The notes below the pieces were generated by a model, which was not told the origin of the DNA, made no database searches, and was given only the letters and a program-made list of their open reading frames with translations. Below, one piece after another: positions 1 to 8,336 of a stretch of DNA of 26,190 nucleotides. Made by a program: the position numbers and the translations under genes. Origin of the DNA: a virus (taxonomy: Duplodnaviria; Caudoviricetes). Numbering within the stretch: the stretch's first letter is position 1; every line of letters starts with the position of its first letter. The DNA is taken from IMG/VR virus record IMGVR_UViG_3300032247_000296, positions 1 to 26,190 of that record, one strand, 5' to 3'.

Positions 1-2
1 AT

Positions 3-1235
3 ATGAAATTCTCACAATTTTTAACCGAAGCAAAAAAAGAAGGTGCTAATCTTCACCTAGAACATCTTGAAGATGAAATTCTAAATCGTGGTGTTGCGGG
101 TGCTAGAGATGCGATTAATTTTCTACAGGCATTAAGAGATATGCTTGCAGGCCATTCAGCAGTAAAAGTAAACACCACAACAAAGTGGGATGGTTCACCT
201 GCAATCTTTTGCGGTATCAATCCTGACAATGGTCAATTCTTTGTTGGTACAAAAGGTGTATTCAATGCAAATGCAAAGTTAAATTATACAGATGAAGACA
301 TTGATAAGAACCATCCAGGTGAAGGTCTTAATGCAAAATTAAAAGTTGCACTACGTTATCTACCAAAACTTGGTATCAAAGGTGTGTTGCAAGGTGATAT
401 GATGTTTGCAAAGGGTGACCTGTCAGAGAAGACACTTGATGGTGAAAGTTATATTACATTTCAACCAAACACATTAATCTATGCTGTGCCCTCTGATTCT
501 AAACTTGCAAAGACTATGCAGGCTGCACAGCTGGGTGTTGTCTTTCATACTTCATACACAGGTAAAACATTTGCTGATATGAAGGCATCATTCAATATTG
601 ACATTAAGAATTTAACACCTACTAAAGATGTTTGGTTCCGTGATGCATATTTTACTGATGCATCTGGTACTGCATCATTCACAGAAGAAGAAACAAAAGA
701 AATTACCTATATTCTATCTGATATTGGTAGAGTATTCAAACAAACAAACTCAATGTCTATCGGTAGAATTTCTGGTAACGATACAGTTAGAGAATACATT
801 AAGACATTCAACAACACCAAAGTGCGTGAAGGGCAAAAGATTACTAATACAGCCGCACACACAAGAGAGTTAATGAGATGGGTTGAAGAAAAACTAAACA
901 AAGATATTGTCTCTGCAAAGATGGAGAAGACAAAGAGAGATAAGACGATGATTAAGAATGAAATCATGCGTACTCTCCGTAACAGTGCAAACGATTTGAA
1001 AAACATATTTGATATGCAGAACAGCATGGTAGATGCCAAGAATATGATTATCAAAAAGTTACAACAGATGAAACAAGTTACAAGTACATTTGTACAAACA
1101 GAAGACGGTTTCAAAGTGACAAATCCAGAAGGTTTTGTTGCAGTTGATAAATTAACAGGCAACGCAGTTAAGTTGGTTGACAGACTTGAATTTAGTCATT
1201 TGAATTTCACCGCACAGAAAAATTGGAGTAAATAA
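3..1235 (+). CDS. DUF6267-like phage protein with ATP-dependent ligase/covalent nucleotidyltransferase motifs; probable head-packaged protein
   Basis: 410 aa ORF; NLHLEHLED N-terminal motif; motif I-like TTKWDG (nt 183-194 = KWDG), QGDMMF, motif IV-like EGFV (nt 1128), motif V-like KLVDR; starts MKFSQFLTE (capsid-targeting-like). Upstream context is cut off by the window edge. Confidence 0.75.
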   Translation: MKFSQFLTEAKKEGANLHLEHLEDEILNRGVAGARDAINFLQALRDMLAGHSAVKVNTTTKWDGSPAIFCGINPDNGQFFVGTKGVFNANAKLNYTDEDIDKNHPGEGLNAKLKVALRYLPKLGIKGVLQGDMMFAKGDLSEKTLDGESYITFQPNTLIYAVPSDSKLAKTMQAAQLGVVFHTSYTGKTFADMKASFNIDIKNLTPTKDVWFRDAYFTDASGTASFTEEETKEITYILSDIGRVFKQTNSMSIGRISGNDTVREYIKTFNNTKVREGQKITNTAAHTRELMRWVEEKLNKDIVSAKMEKTKRDKTMIKNEIMRTLRNSANDLKNIFDMQNSMVDAKNMIIKKLQQMKQVTSTFVQTEDGFKVTNPEGFVAVDKLTGNAVKLVDRLEFSHLNFTAQKNWSK

Positions 1236-1510
1236 TGCCCGCATATGATATAAACAAGATTATGGCAGAGTACGGAGACAATGACTTTGGTTTCTCTGCT
1301 GTATCAGAAGAAGAATATAATGCTGTAATCAATGAAAAAGATGAGACAGTAGAAAACTATAAGCACAGATTGGCAGAAGTAGAGAAGTTGATTATGCCAT
1401 TCTTAACTAACTTGTTGAAGACTGCTGACAAACCTTATATCAATTGGCCTAATCGTAAACCAATTTTAGAGACACAGATTCAGAAAGTTTTAAGTCTGAC
1501 AAGAGGATAA
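1235..1510 (+). CDS. hypothetical phage protein
   Basis: 91 aa ORF coupled to the previous stop (TAATG); DFGFSA and YINWPNR motifs resemble small conserved T4-like phage proteins. Confidence 0.75.
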   Translation: MPAYDINKIMAEYGDNDFGFSAVSEEEYNAVINEKDETVENYKHRLAEVEKLIMPFLTNLLKTADKPYINWPNRKPILETQIQKVLSLTRG

Positions 1511-1511
1511 A

Positions 1512-1691
1512 ATGACAGAAGCGGTTCAACGAATTGTACGAAGAAGACAATTAAAAGAAGGCAGTAGTCCTGATATATTGCCTCCATCAGGTGGTGGAAA
1601 CGATGGTACAACTTATTTGTCGAATACATATAAGAGAGACACACCAGGACAGAGTGTTAAGAAGAAGATAAAACGATTTAAAGATTATTAA
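1512..1691 (+). CDS. small hypothetical protein (59 aa, below the ORF-track cutoff)
   Basis: ATG at 1512 after GAGGA; MTEAVQRIVRRRQLKEGSSPDILPPSGGGNDGTTYLSNTYKRDTPGQSVKKKIKRFKDY*; fills the gap between neighbours almost exactly. Confidence 0.7.
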   Translation: MTEAVQRIVRRRQLKEGSSPDILPPSGGGNDGTTYLSNTYKRDTPGQSVKKKIKRFKDY

Positions 1692-1706
1692 TTATTGGAG
1701 TTTGTT

Positions 1707-2561
1707 ATGGAAGATATAGTGGTTGGTTGTATCACAGGATACAACTTTGATAAAATTAGACCTTGGGTAAATTCATTAGATACTTGTGGATTTACTGGCA
1801 CAAAGGCTATGATTTGTTATGATGTGGATTATGACACAGTTGACGAATTGGTGAAACGCAAATACACCATCCTTGCTTTCGGTAAAGACGAAGAAAAAAG
1901 AAGATTCAAATACAAAGAGGATTTCTCAATTGTTGTTGAGAGATTTTTGCATATGTGGTATCTTCTAAAGAGATTCAAAGGGCAATATCGTTACATCATT
2001 ACTACAGATGTTAAAGATGTTGTCTTTCAAACAAACCCATCAACTTGGCTAGAGAACAACATCGGCGACAAAGAAATTAATGTTGCATGTGAATCTATTC
2101 GCTACAAAGATGAAGAATGGGGTAATCACAATCTTATGAAAGCATTTGGTGCTCTCATACATGACCACAACAAAGACAATTTAATTTACAATGCAGGCAC
2201 AGTATCTGGTAAGTTTGATACTATGGTTGATTTGTTCCTAAACATCTATATGTTATGTAACAGTACCTCTCATTACACTGAGGGTGGTGGTGGACCAGAC
2301 CAAGCCGCACTAAACATTTTGCTGAATATGAAATCATACAAAGACATTACCAATTTTGCAATGTCAGATGATGGATATGCCGCACAATTAGGCACAACAG
2401 GTCCTCAGATTGCAGGCAAATATGGGTCTAAGCTAGTTGACAAATCTCCAATTTTAGTAGATAATACAGTATGTACAAGTGACGGAACTCCTTTTGCAAT
2501 CGTACATCAATATGACAGAGTACCTGAATGGAAAAAAATTATAGAGGCAAAATATGAGTGA
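1707..2561 (+). CDS. GT-A fold glycosyltransferase-like protein
   Basis: TTDVKDVVFQ (DxD-like), IYNAG, DQAALN and HQYDR motifs; ATG at 1707 preceded by GGAG is preferred over TTG at 1695. Confidence 0.7.
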   Translation: MEDIVVGCITGYNFDKIRPWVNSLDTCGFTGTKAMICYDVDYDTVDELVKRKYTILAFGKDEEKRRFKYKEDFSIVVERFLHMWYLLKRFKGQYRYIITTDVKDVVFQTNPSTWLENNIGDKEINVACESIRYKDEEWGNHNLMKAFGALIHDHNKDNLIYNAGTVSGKFDTMVDLFLNIYMLCNSTSHYTEGGGGPDQAALNILLNMKSYKDITNFAMSDDGYAAQLGTTGPQIAGKYGSKLVDKSPILVDNTVCTSDGTPFAIVHQYDRVPEWKKIIEAKYE

Positions 2562-3204
2562 GATTCTAATAATCAATACTGTAGATAATATAATGAGAAG
2601 TACAGGCGCACCAAAGCCTGGTTCTTCGGATCCTTGGGATCATTTGCCTCCAGACCAATGGGTAGAGAAACAAATTGAGTGGGGTGAGAAGAACATATCA
2701 GGTTCTGGTCTTGTAGAACATATCAATAAACTAAAAGGTGATTTGATTGGTGTTGAGATTGGTGTTTGTCTTGGTGTTACTACAGAACTCTATGCAAAAG
2801 AAATTCCTAATCTAAAGAAACTATATGCAGTAGACCACTATCCATCATTCATTGATTGGAACGGAACTGTTGTTAGTGAAGACAGACAAGATGCGATGAA
2901 ACAACATGCAGCCAATCGTTTGCAACCATACAAAGACAAGATTGAATTTGTTTATACATCAAGTGTAGAATTTGTACAGACACTAGAAGATGAAAGTTTA
3001 GATTTCATTTTCATTGATGGTGACCATTCATATGAAGGTGCATTAAGAGACTTTAAGAATTTCTATCCGAAAGTTAAAAAGGGTGGCATCTTTGCAGGTC
3101 ACGACCTTTACATTCCGACTGTAGAGAAAGCACTGATGGAGTTTTTCGGTAATATGGATATAGAATCTGTATCTCAAAATGCTTGGTTCAAGATTAAGGC
3201 TTGA
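2554..3204 (+). CDS. class I SAM-dependent methyltransferase (Methyltransf_24-like)
   Basis: VEIGVCLG SAM-binding motif, LDFIFIDGDHSYE, KKGGIFAGHD. Confidence 0.85.
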   Translation: MSEILIINTVDNIMRSTGAPKPGSSDPWDHLPPDQWVEKQIEWGEKNISGSGLVEHINKLKGDLIGVEIGVCLGVTTELYAKEIPNLKKLYAVDHYPSFIDWNGTVVSEDRQDAMKQHAANRLQPYKDKIEFVYTSSVEFVQTLEDESLDFIFIDGDHSYEGALRDFKNFYPKVKKGGIFAGHDLYIPTVEKALMEFFGNMDIESVSQNAWFKIKA

Positions 3205-3205
3205 T

Positions 3206-4198
3206 ATGAAGAAGTATAAAAAGATAATTGTTTGGGGTGCAAAATTAGACAGTGGACATACACATGGTTTTATCCATGAGGCTTGTGTACGTGCTGCAAA
3301 GTCTATGGGTATTGATGTATACTGGTTAGACAACAGAGACAATGTTGAAAACTCATTCTTTGATAATGCAATCGTCATTACAGAACAATGGTTGGCATTT
3401 CAAAATGGATTCAGTAACAATCTTCCATTGAACAAGACTGCATGTTATTTTGTACATTATCTTGGCAACAGAGGACCAGTTGAAGGTAATCCAGGCGCAT
3501 CAATGTATCTTGGTAAAGTAGGTAAACTGATTGACTTTAGATTTACTGCTGAACATGGTTGGGGTTCTAATGGTGTAGAAGACAAGAACTACAATTACAA
3601 ATTTGAAAAAGAAAAGTATGATGCATTTAATGATGTATCATTCTATGAACATGGCACAGACTATGATAATTTCTACACTGTATGGGCTACAGACCTGTTA
3701 CCAGATGAAATTAATTTTGAAGACAGATTTAAACCATTAGAGAACAGAGCATTTTTCTGTGGTACGATCCGAGAAGACAATCAAGAAATGTTCATGCCGT
3801 TTATTAAGAGATGTGAAGATAGTAAAATACCTTTTCTATACAACACACCATGGCAGAATCCATTACCAACAGAAGTTGTTAGAAAATATGTTGTGGAGTC
3901 TTTGTTGCCACTTGATTGCAGACCAAAGAATCATCTTGTGAATGGTTACATTGCTTGTCGTGCAATTAAGAATGTTAGTTATGGCGCATTAGGTCTTACT
4001 AACTCAAAAACAATTTATGATTTCTTTGATGGTGAAATTGCATATGCACCAGACTCAGGTGACTTGTTTGATGTTGCATTAGAGATGCAAAGAAATCCAA
4101 AGACTAAAGACTTGATTCTAAATCAAATGAAGAAGATAAAAGAGCATCATACATATATTAATAGAATTAACGATATTATTAGAGCTGCGGAGATTTGA
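3206..4198 (+). CDS. putative GT-B fold glycosyltransferase (CgeB-like C-terminus)
   Basis: ATG at 3206 right after the previous stop; HTHGFIH, FCGT, YIACRAIKNVSYG, C-terminal HHTYINR typical of CgeB/GT1_2-like proteins; context in a glycan cluster. Confidence 0.6.
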   Translation: MKKYKKIIVWGAKLDSGHTHGFIHEACVRAAKSMGIDVYWLDNRDNVENSFFDNAIVITEQWLAFQNGFSNNLPLNKTACYFVHYLGNRGPVEGNPGASMYLGKVGKLIDFRFTAEHGWGSNGVEDKNYNYKFEKEKYDAFNDVSFYEHGTDYDNFYTVWATDLLPDEINFEDRFKPLENRAFFCGTIREDNQEMFMPFIKRCEDSKIPFLYNTPWQNPLPTEVVRKYVVESLLPLDCRPKNHLVNGYIACRAIKNVSYGALGLTNSKTIYDFFDGEIAYAPDSGDLFDVALEMQRNPKTKDLILNQMKKIKEHHTYINRINDIIRAAEI

Positions 4199-4199
4199 T

Positions 4200-5066
4200 A
4201 TGAGAATTTTGATTACTGGCCACATGGGTTTTGTGGGCAAATATTTTATGCGTAAGTATGCTGAACATGACATTGTGGGTATTGATATCAAAGAAGGCAA
4301 CGACTGCCGAGATTTTTTCAAAACAAATGATAGTTATTTTGACCTAGTAATTCACCTTGCAGCAATTGTTGGTGGTCGTCAAACGATTGAAGGCAACCCA
4401 CTTTCAGTCGCAACAGACTTGGCGATTGATTCAGATATGATTCAATGGGCATTAAAAACAAAACCAGGTCGAGTAGTTTATTTCTCCTCATCAGCTGCAT
4501 ATCCAATTGAACTACAAGACTTGGAAAGAAAAAATAGATTAGTTGAATCTTTTATTGATTTGAAGAAAACAAAAATGCCTGACTTGACATATGGTTGGGC
4601 AAAACTAACTGGTGAATTCTGTTTACAATTCTTAGAAGAAGCTGGTGTCAGAGTACATGTGTTCAGACCATTCAGTGGGTACGGAACAGACCAAGACTTA
4701 GACTATCCTTTCCCATCATACATTCATCGTGCAAAGAATTTAATGAACCCATTTGATATTTGGGGTGATGGGCACCAAGTACGTGACTTCATTCACATGC
4801 AAGATATTGTAGATGCAGTTGATGAAGCAATCAAACAAGACATTCAAGGTCCTGTAAATCTTGGTTCTGGTATCGCAACATCATTTAATGAATTGCAACA
4901 AATCGTTTGCGGTATTCAAGGATACAATCCAGAAGTTAATCATATCAAAACTGCACCAGTTGGTGTGATGTATCGTGTTTGTCATCCAGATAAAATGTTA
5001 TCGTTCTACAAACCAAAAATTAATATCTACGATGGTATCTCTAGAGCATTAAAAGGTGTCATATGA
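4200..5066 (+). CDS. NAD(P)-dependent nucleotide-sugar epimerase/dehydratase/reductase (extended SDR)
   Basis: ITGHMGFVG Rossmann motif, HLAA, SSSAAY, catalytic YGWAK (YxxxK), WGDGHQVRDFIH. Confidence 0.9.
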   Translation: MRILITGHMGFVGKYFMRKYAEHDIVGIDIKEGNDCRDFFKTNDSYFDLVIHLAAIVGGRQTIEGNPLSVATDLAIDSDMIQWALKTKPGRVVYFSSSAAYPIELQDLERKNRLVESFIDLKKTKMPDLTYGWAKLTGEFCLQFLEEAGVRVHVFRPFSGYGTDQDLDYPFPSYIHRAKNLMNPFDIWGDGHQVRDFIHMQDIVDAVDEAIKQDIQGPVNLGSGIATSFNELQQIVCGIQGYNPEVNHIKTAPVGVMYRVCHPDKMLSFYKPKINIYDGISRALKGVI

Positions 5067-5824
5067 AAATTGTAATTGTAACTGGTGGATTCGACCCATT
5101 ACATTCAGGTCATATTGCCTATATTAATGCAGCTAGAGCTCTTGGTGATTCTTTAATTATTGGAGTTAATTCCGATGAATGGTTACGCAGAAAGAAAGGG
5201 CAAGAATTTATGCCTTGGGAAGAACGTGCAACTATCATTTCGGCACTTCAAAATGTTGACAGAGTTATTAACTTTGATGACAGTGATAACAGCGCCAAAG
5301 ATGCTATTAGAAAAGTAAGAGCAATACATCCAACGGCTCATATAATTTTTGCCAACGGCGGAGATAGAACAAAAGAAAATATTCCAGAAATGGACTTACT
5401 TAAAGAAATGCTTCAGTTAGAATTTGTCTTTGGTGTTGGTGGTAAAAACAAAATGAATTCATCATCATGGATTCTAAAAGAATGGAAAAACCCTAAGACT
5501 GAAAGACAATGGGGACACTATCGTGTTTTACATGAAACACCAACAGTCAAAGTCAAAGAGTTAGTAGTAGAACCAGGCAAATCTTTGAGTATGCAGAAAC
5601 ATTTTTTGAGAAATGAACACTGGCATATTTCAGAAGGTGTTGCAACTATTACGCAAGAGAGTTCCCATTCTGCAAGAAAGTATCAGTTAGAGGCTCAGAA
5701 AAGTTTAGAGATACCAGTTGGTACATGGCATCAACTATCTAATCAACAAGAAACTGAATTGAAAATTATTGAGATACAGTATGGCGAAAAGTGTATTGAA
5801 GAAGATATTGAAAGAAGAAAATGA
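5063..5824 (+). CDS. HIGH-class cytidylyltransferase-like domain fused to a mannose-6-phosphate isomerase-type cupin
   Basis: GGFDPLHSGH, GVNSD, FANGGDR, NSSS in the N-terminal half; ERQWGHY...SLSMQKH..RNEHW...GTWHQL...IEIQYG in the C-terminal half (ManC/PMI type II cupin). Confidence 0.85.
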   Translation: MKIVIVTGGFDPLHSGHIAYINAARALGDSLIIGVNSDEWLRRKKGQEFMPWEERATIISALQNVDRVINFDDSDNSAKDAIRKVRAIHPTAHIIFANGGDRTKENIPEMDLLKEMLQLEFVFGVGGKNKMNSSSWILKEWKNPKTERQWGHYRVLHETPTVKVKELVVEPGKSLSMQKHFLRNEHWHISEGVATITQESSHSARKYQLEAQKSLEIPVGTWHQLSNQQETELKIIEIQYGEKCIEEDIERRK

Positions 5825-6372
5825 TTATTGATATAGGATCAGGTCCATGGCCTAAACCAGATGCACACATTCGTATGGACTTCAACGATTGGCCTGGTGT
5901 GAATTGTAAACATGATTTGTTAGAGACACCTTATCCTTTTGATGATGAAGTGTTTTCAAAGGCATACATGGGTGATGTAATTGAACACATCTACATTTTC
6001 GATATAGATAGAGTACTAACAGAAGTACATCGTATTCTAAAGAAAGATGCAGTCTTTGAAGTTGTTGTGCCTGATGCACGATGGATTTTTGAAAGAGTTG
6101 TTAAGGGTGATTGGAAAGAAAAAGCAAATGCTGGTTGGTTGAATCAATCAGATGATGATTGGAAAAATGCAATGTCATATTTGTTTGGTGGTTTCCATAA
6201 CAAAGAAGAATACAAAATGCCAGGCATGGGGCATGTAAATGCATTTGATACAGACTCACTTAAAAAGTTGTTAGAAAAGAATGGTTTTGTAAATTGTCGT
6301 AGAGTACCTGATACTCGTAATCCAGAACCTGCGGCTGGTTCAATATTGAAAATGATTTGTGAAAAAGGTTAA
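5821..6372 (+). CDS. class I SAM-dependent methyltransferase (Methyltransf_11-like)
   Basis: IDIGSG motif, PFDD, VIEH, EVHRILK, VPD; ATGA overlap with the upstream gene. Confidence 0.8.
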   Translation: MIIDIGSGPWPKPDAHIRMDFNDWPGVNCKHDLLETPYPFDDEVFSKAYMGDVIEHIYIFDIDRVLTEVHRILKKDAVFEVVVPDARWIFERVVKGDWKEKANAGWLNQSDDDWKNAMSYLFGGFHNKEEYKMPGMGHVNAFDTDSLKKLLEKNGFVNCRRVPDTRNPEPAAGSILKMICEKG

Positions 6373-6374
6373 TT

Positions 6375-7343
6375 ATGAAAAAGACAGCATTTGTAACAGG
6401 CATCACTGGTCAAGATGGACCATATCTTGCAAAGTTTTTACTGAGTAAAGGATATCATGTATATGGATTGATGAAACGATATTCAAATCCTAATACAGAC
6501 AATCTAAAATTTCTAAACATTGAAAACGATATTGAGTTGGTGACTGGTGATATCACTGATGAAAATTCTATGAGTCATTTAGTCAAGTCAATCAGACCAG
6601 ATGAATTCTATAATCTTGCAGCACAAAGTTTTGTTGGTTCTAGTTGGGACTTGAATAAGTTAACAACAGAAGTAAATGCAATCGGTCCTCTAAATATTCT
6701 CAATTCGATTAGATTACATAATCCAGAAACACGATTCTATCAAGCAAGTACAAGTGAGATGTATGGTAATGCAAAAGACAATCACCAAGATGAAACAACT
6801 CCATTCCATCCAAGAAGTCCATATGGTGTCGCAAAACTATATGCGTATTGGATTACAGTAAACTTCCGTGAGAGCTACAGTCTACACGCTTCTAATGGTA
6901 TTTTGTTTAACCATGAATCACCCATCCGCGGAAAAGAATTTGTCACAAGAAAGATTACGGATGGTGTTGCACGAATAAAATTAGGTCTTGCAGATAAGAT
7001 TACACTTGGTAATTTAGATTCTAAACGTGATTGGGGATTTGCAGGTGATTTCGTTGAGGCTATGTGGATGATGACACAACAAAAAGAACCTGGTGATTAT
7101 GTTGTATCTACAAATGAATGTCATTCGATTTATGAATTCTTAGACTGTGCATTTAATCATGTCGGTATCACAGATTGGAAACAATATATTGCAAGTGACC
7201 CAAGATTCAAACGTCCTGCTGAATTGAATGTTCTTCGTGGTAACAATACCAAAGCGATAGAGACTTTAGGATGGCAAAACAAAACATCGTTTGAAGAATT
7301 AGTTAAGATGATGGTTGATGCAGATATAGAACGATTGAAATGA
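6375..7343 (+). CDS. gmd: GDP-mannose 4,6-dehydratase
   Basis: TGITGQDG, YNLAAQSFV, QASTSEMYG, PRSPYGVAKLY, GILFNHESP, FVTRKIT, LGNLDSKRDWG. Confidence 0.95.
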   Translation: MKKTAFVTGITGQDGPYLAKFLLSKGYHVYGLMKRYSNPNTDNLKFLNIENDIELVTGDITDENSMSHLVKSIRPDEFYNLAAQSFVGSSWDLNKLTTEVNAIGPLNILNSIRLHNPETRFYQASTSEMYGNAKDNHQDETTPFHPRSPYGVAKLYAYWITVNFRESYSLHASNGILFNHESPIRGKEFVTRKITDGVARIKLGLADKITLGNLDSKRDWGFAGDFVEAMWMMTQQKEPGDYVVSTNECHSIYEFLDCAFNHVGITDWKQYIASDPRFKRPAELNVLRGNNTKAIETLGWQNKTSFEELVKMMVDADIERLK

Positions 7344-8302
7344 AAAAAATATTATACGTAGTTCACAGATACGCACCTTATCCTGGTGGTTCAGAAAACC
7401 ATACAAGAGATTTGGCTGAAGAAACTCTAAGTCGAGGTCATCAAGTTGCTGTATTTACAGGTGAACACAAAGGTGATTGGAATGGAGTTCACGTAACAAG
7501 TGACACTGCCATATTTAACTATCCATGGGACTTAGTTGTTGTTCATGGTGGTGATGTTGGTATTCAAAATCTTGTTCTTGTAAACATCAAAAATTTACCA
7601 TATCCAGTATTGTATTACATAATCAAACCATCAGAAAGTGCTGTGTGTTTGCAAGCACTGAATGACGCAAAATGGGTTGGTTGTGGAACACCACAAGACT
7701 GGGATCATGTAATGAAACATGGTGCATTGAGTAGAAGTGTTAAGATTAATCTAAGTGTAAATGAAGCACATGCGATTGGTCGACCAGGTTTCCGTGAGAG
7801 ATATGGCATCAAAACAAAGAATATGTTCCTATCATGCGGTGGATATTGGCCACATAAAGGCATGAAAGAGTTAGCAAAATTGTTTAGTATACTGAACATT
7901 CCTGATACAACATTAGTTTTGACTGGTTATGATAATAGACATGATTTGATGCCAGAAGAATCTGAGTTTATTAAACCTCTAATGCTTGAAGACAAGGCAG
8001 AAGTTGCTGATGCAATGAAAGAAGCAGACCTGTATATCATGCACTCATTTGAAGAAGGCTTCGGTCTTGTTCTTGTAGAATCTATGCTCAATCATACACC
8101 ATGGGTTGCAAGAGATATTGCTGGTGCAACCATGATGAAAGAATTTGGTAAAACCTATACGAATGACAAAAAATTGTCTGACTATCTTGTCAATTTTAAA
8201 CGTCCAGATGACGAAAAACTTGATAATGCATACGAATATGCCGTTCATAATCACACCACAAAGAGTTCTGTAGACGCAATTTTAAAGCTGATAAATAACT
8301 AA
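7340..8302 (+). CDS. GT4-family glycosyltransferase
   Basis: YPGGSE N-terminal loop, HKG, EGFGLVLVE (E-x7-E) motif. Confidence 0.85.
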   Translation: MKKILYVVHRYAPYPGGSENHTRDLAEETLSRGHQVAVFTGEHKGDWNGVHVTSDTAIFNYPWDLVVVHGGDVGIQNLVLVNIKNLPYPVLYYIIKPSESAVCLQALNDAKWVGCGTPQDWDHVMKHGALSRSVKINLSVNEAHAIGRPGFRERYGIKTKNMFLSCGGYWPHKGMKELAKLFSILNIPDTTLVLTGYDNRHDLMPEESEFIKPLMLEDKAEVADAMKEADLYIMHSFEEGFGLVLVESMLNHTPWVARDIAGATMMKEFGKTYTNDKKLSDYLVNFKRPDDEKLDNAYEYAVHNHTTKSSVDAILKLINN

Positions 8303-8305
8303 ATA
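8290..8305 (+). promoter_or_regulatory. candidate T4-type late promoter(s): GATAAATA and CTAAATA
   Basis: Near matches to the T4 late consensus TATAAATA, 30-45 nt upstream of ATG 8337. Confidence 0.55.
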
Positions 8306-8336
8306 CACTATTAACTAACTGCTGTAGAGGCGGAGA

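Noticed and set aside
3179-3205. Upstream start of the 339-aa ORF; similarly 20940 and 1695
   Set aside because: Downstream ATGs at 3206, 20979 and 1707 fit coupling, paralog alignment or RBS spacing better.
8319-8333. Possible hairpin CTGCT-GTAGA-GGCGG over the RBS of the 797-aa gene
   Set aside because: Only 5 bp with two G-U pairs; too weak to claim without folding or conservation data.
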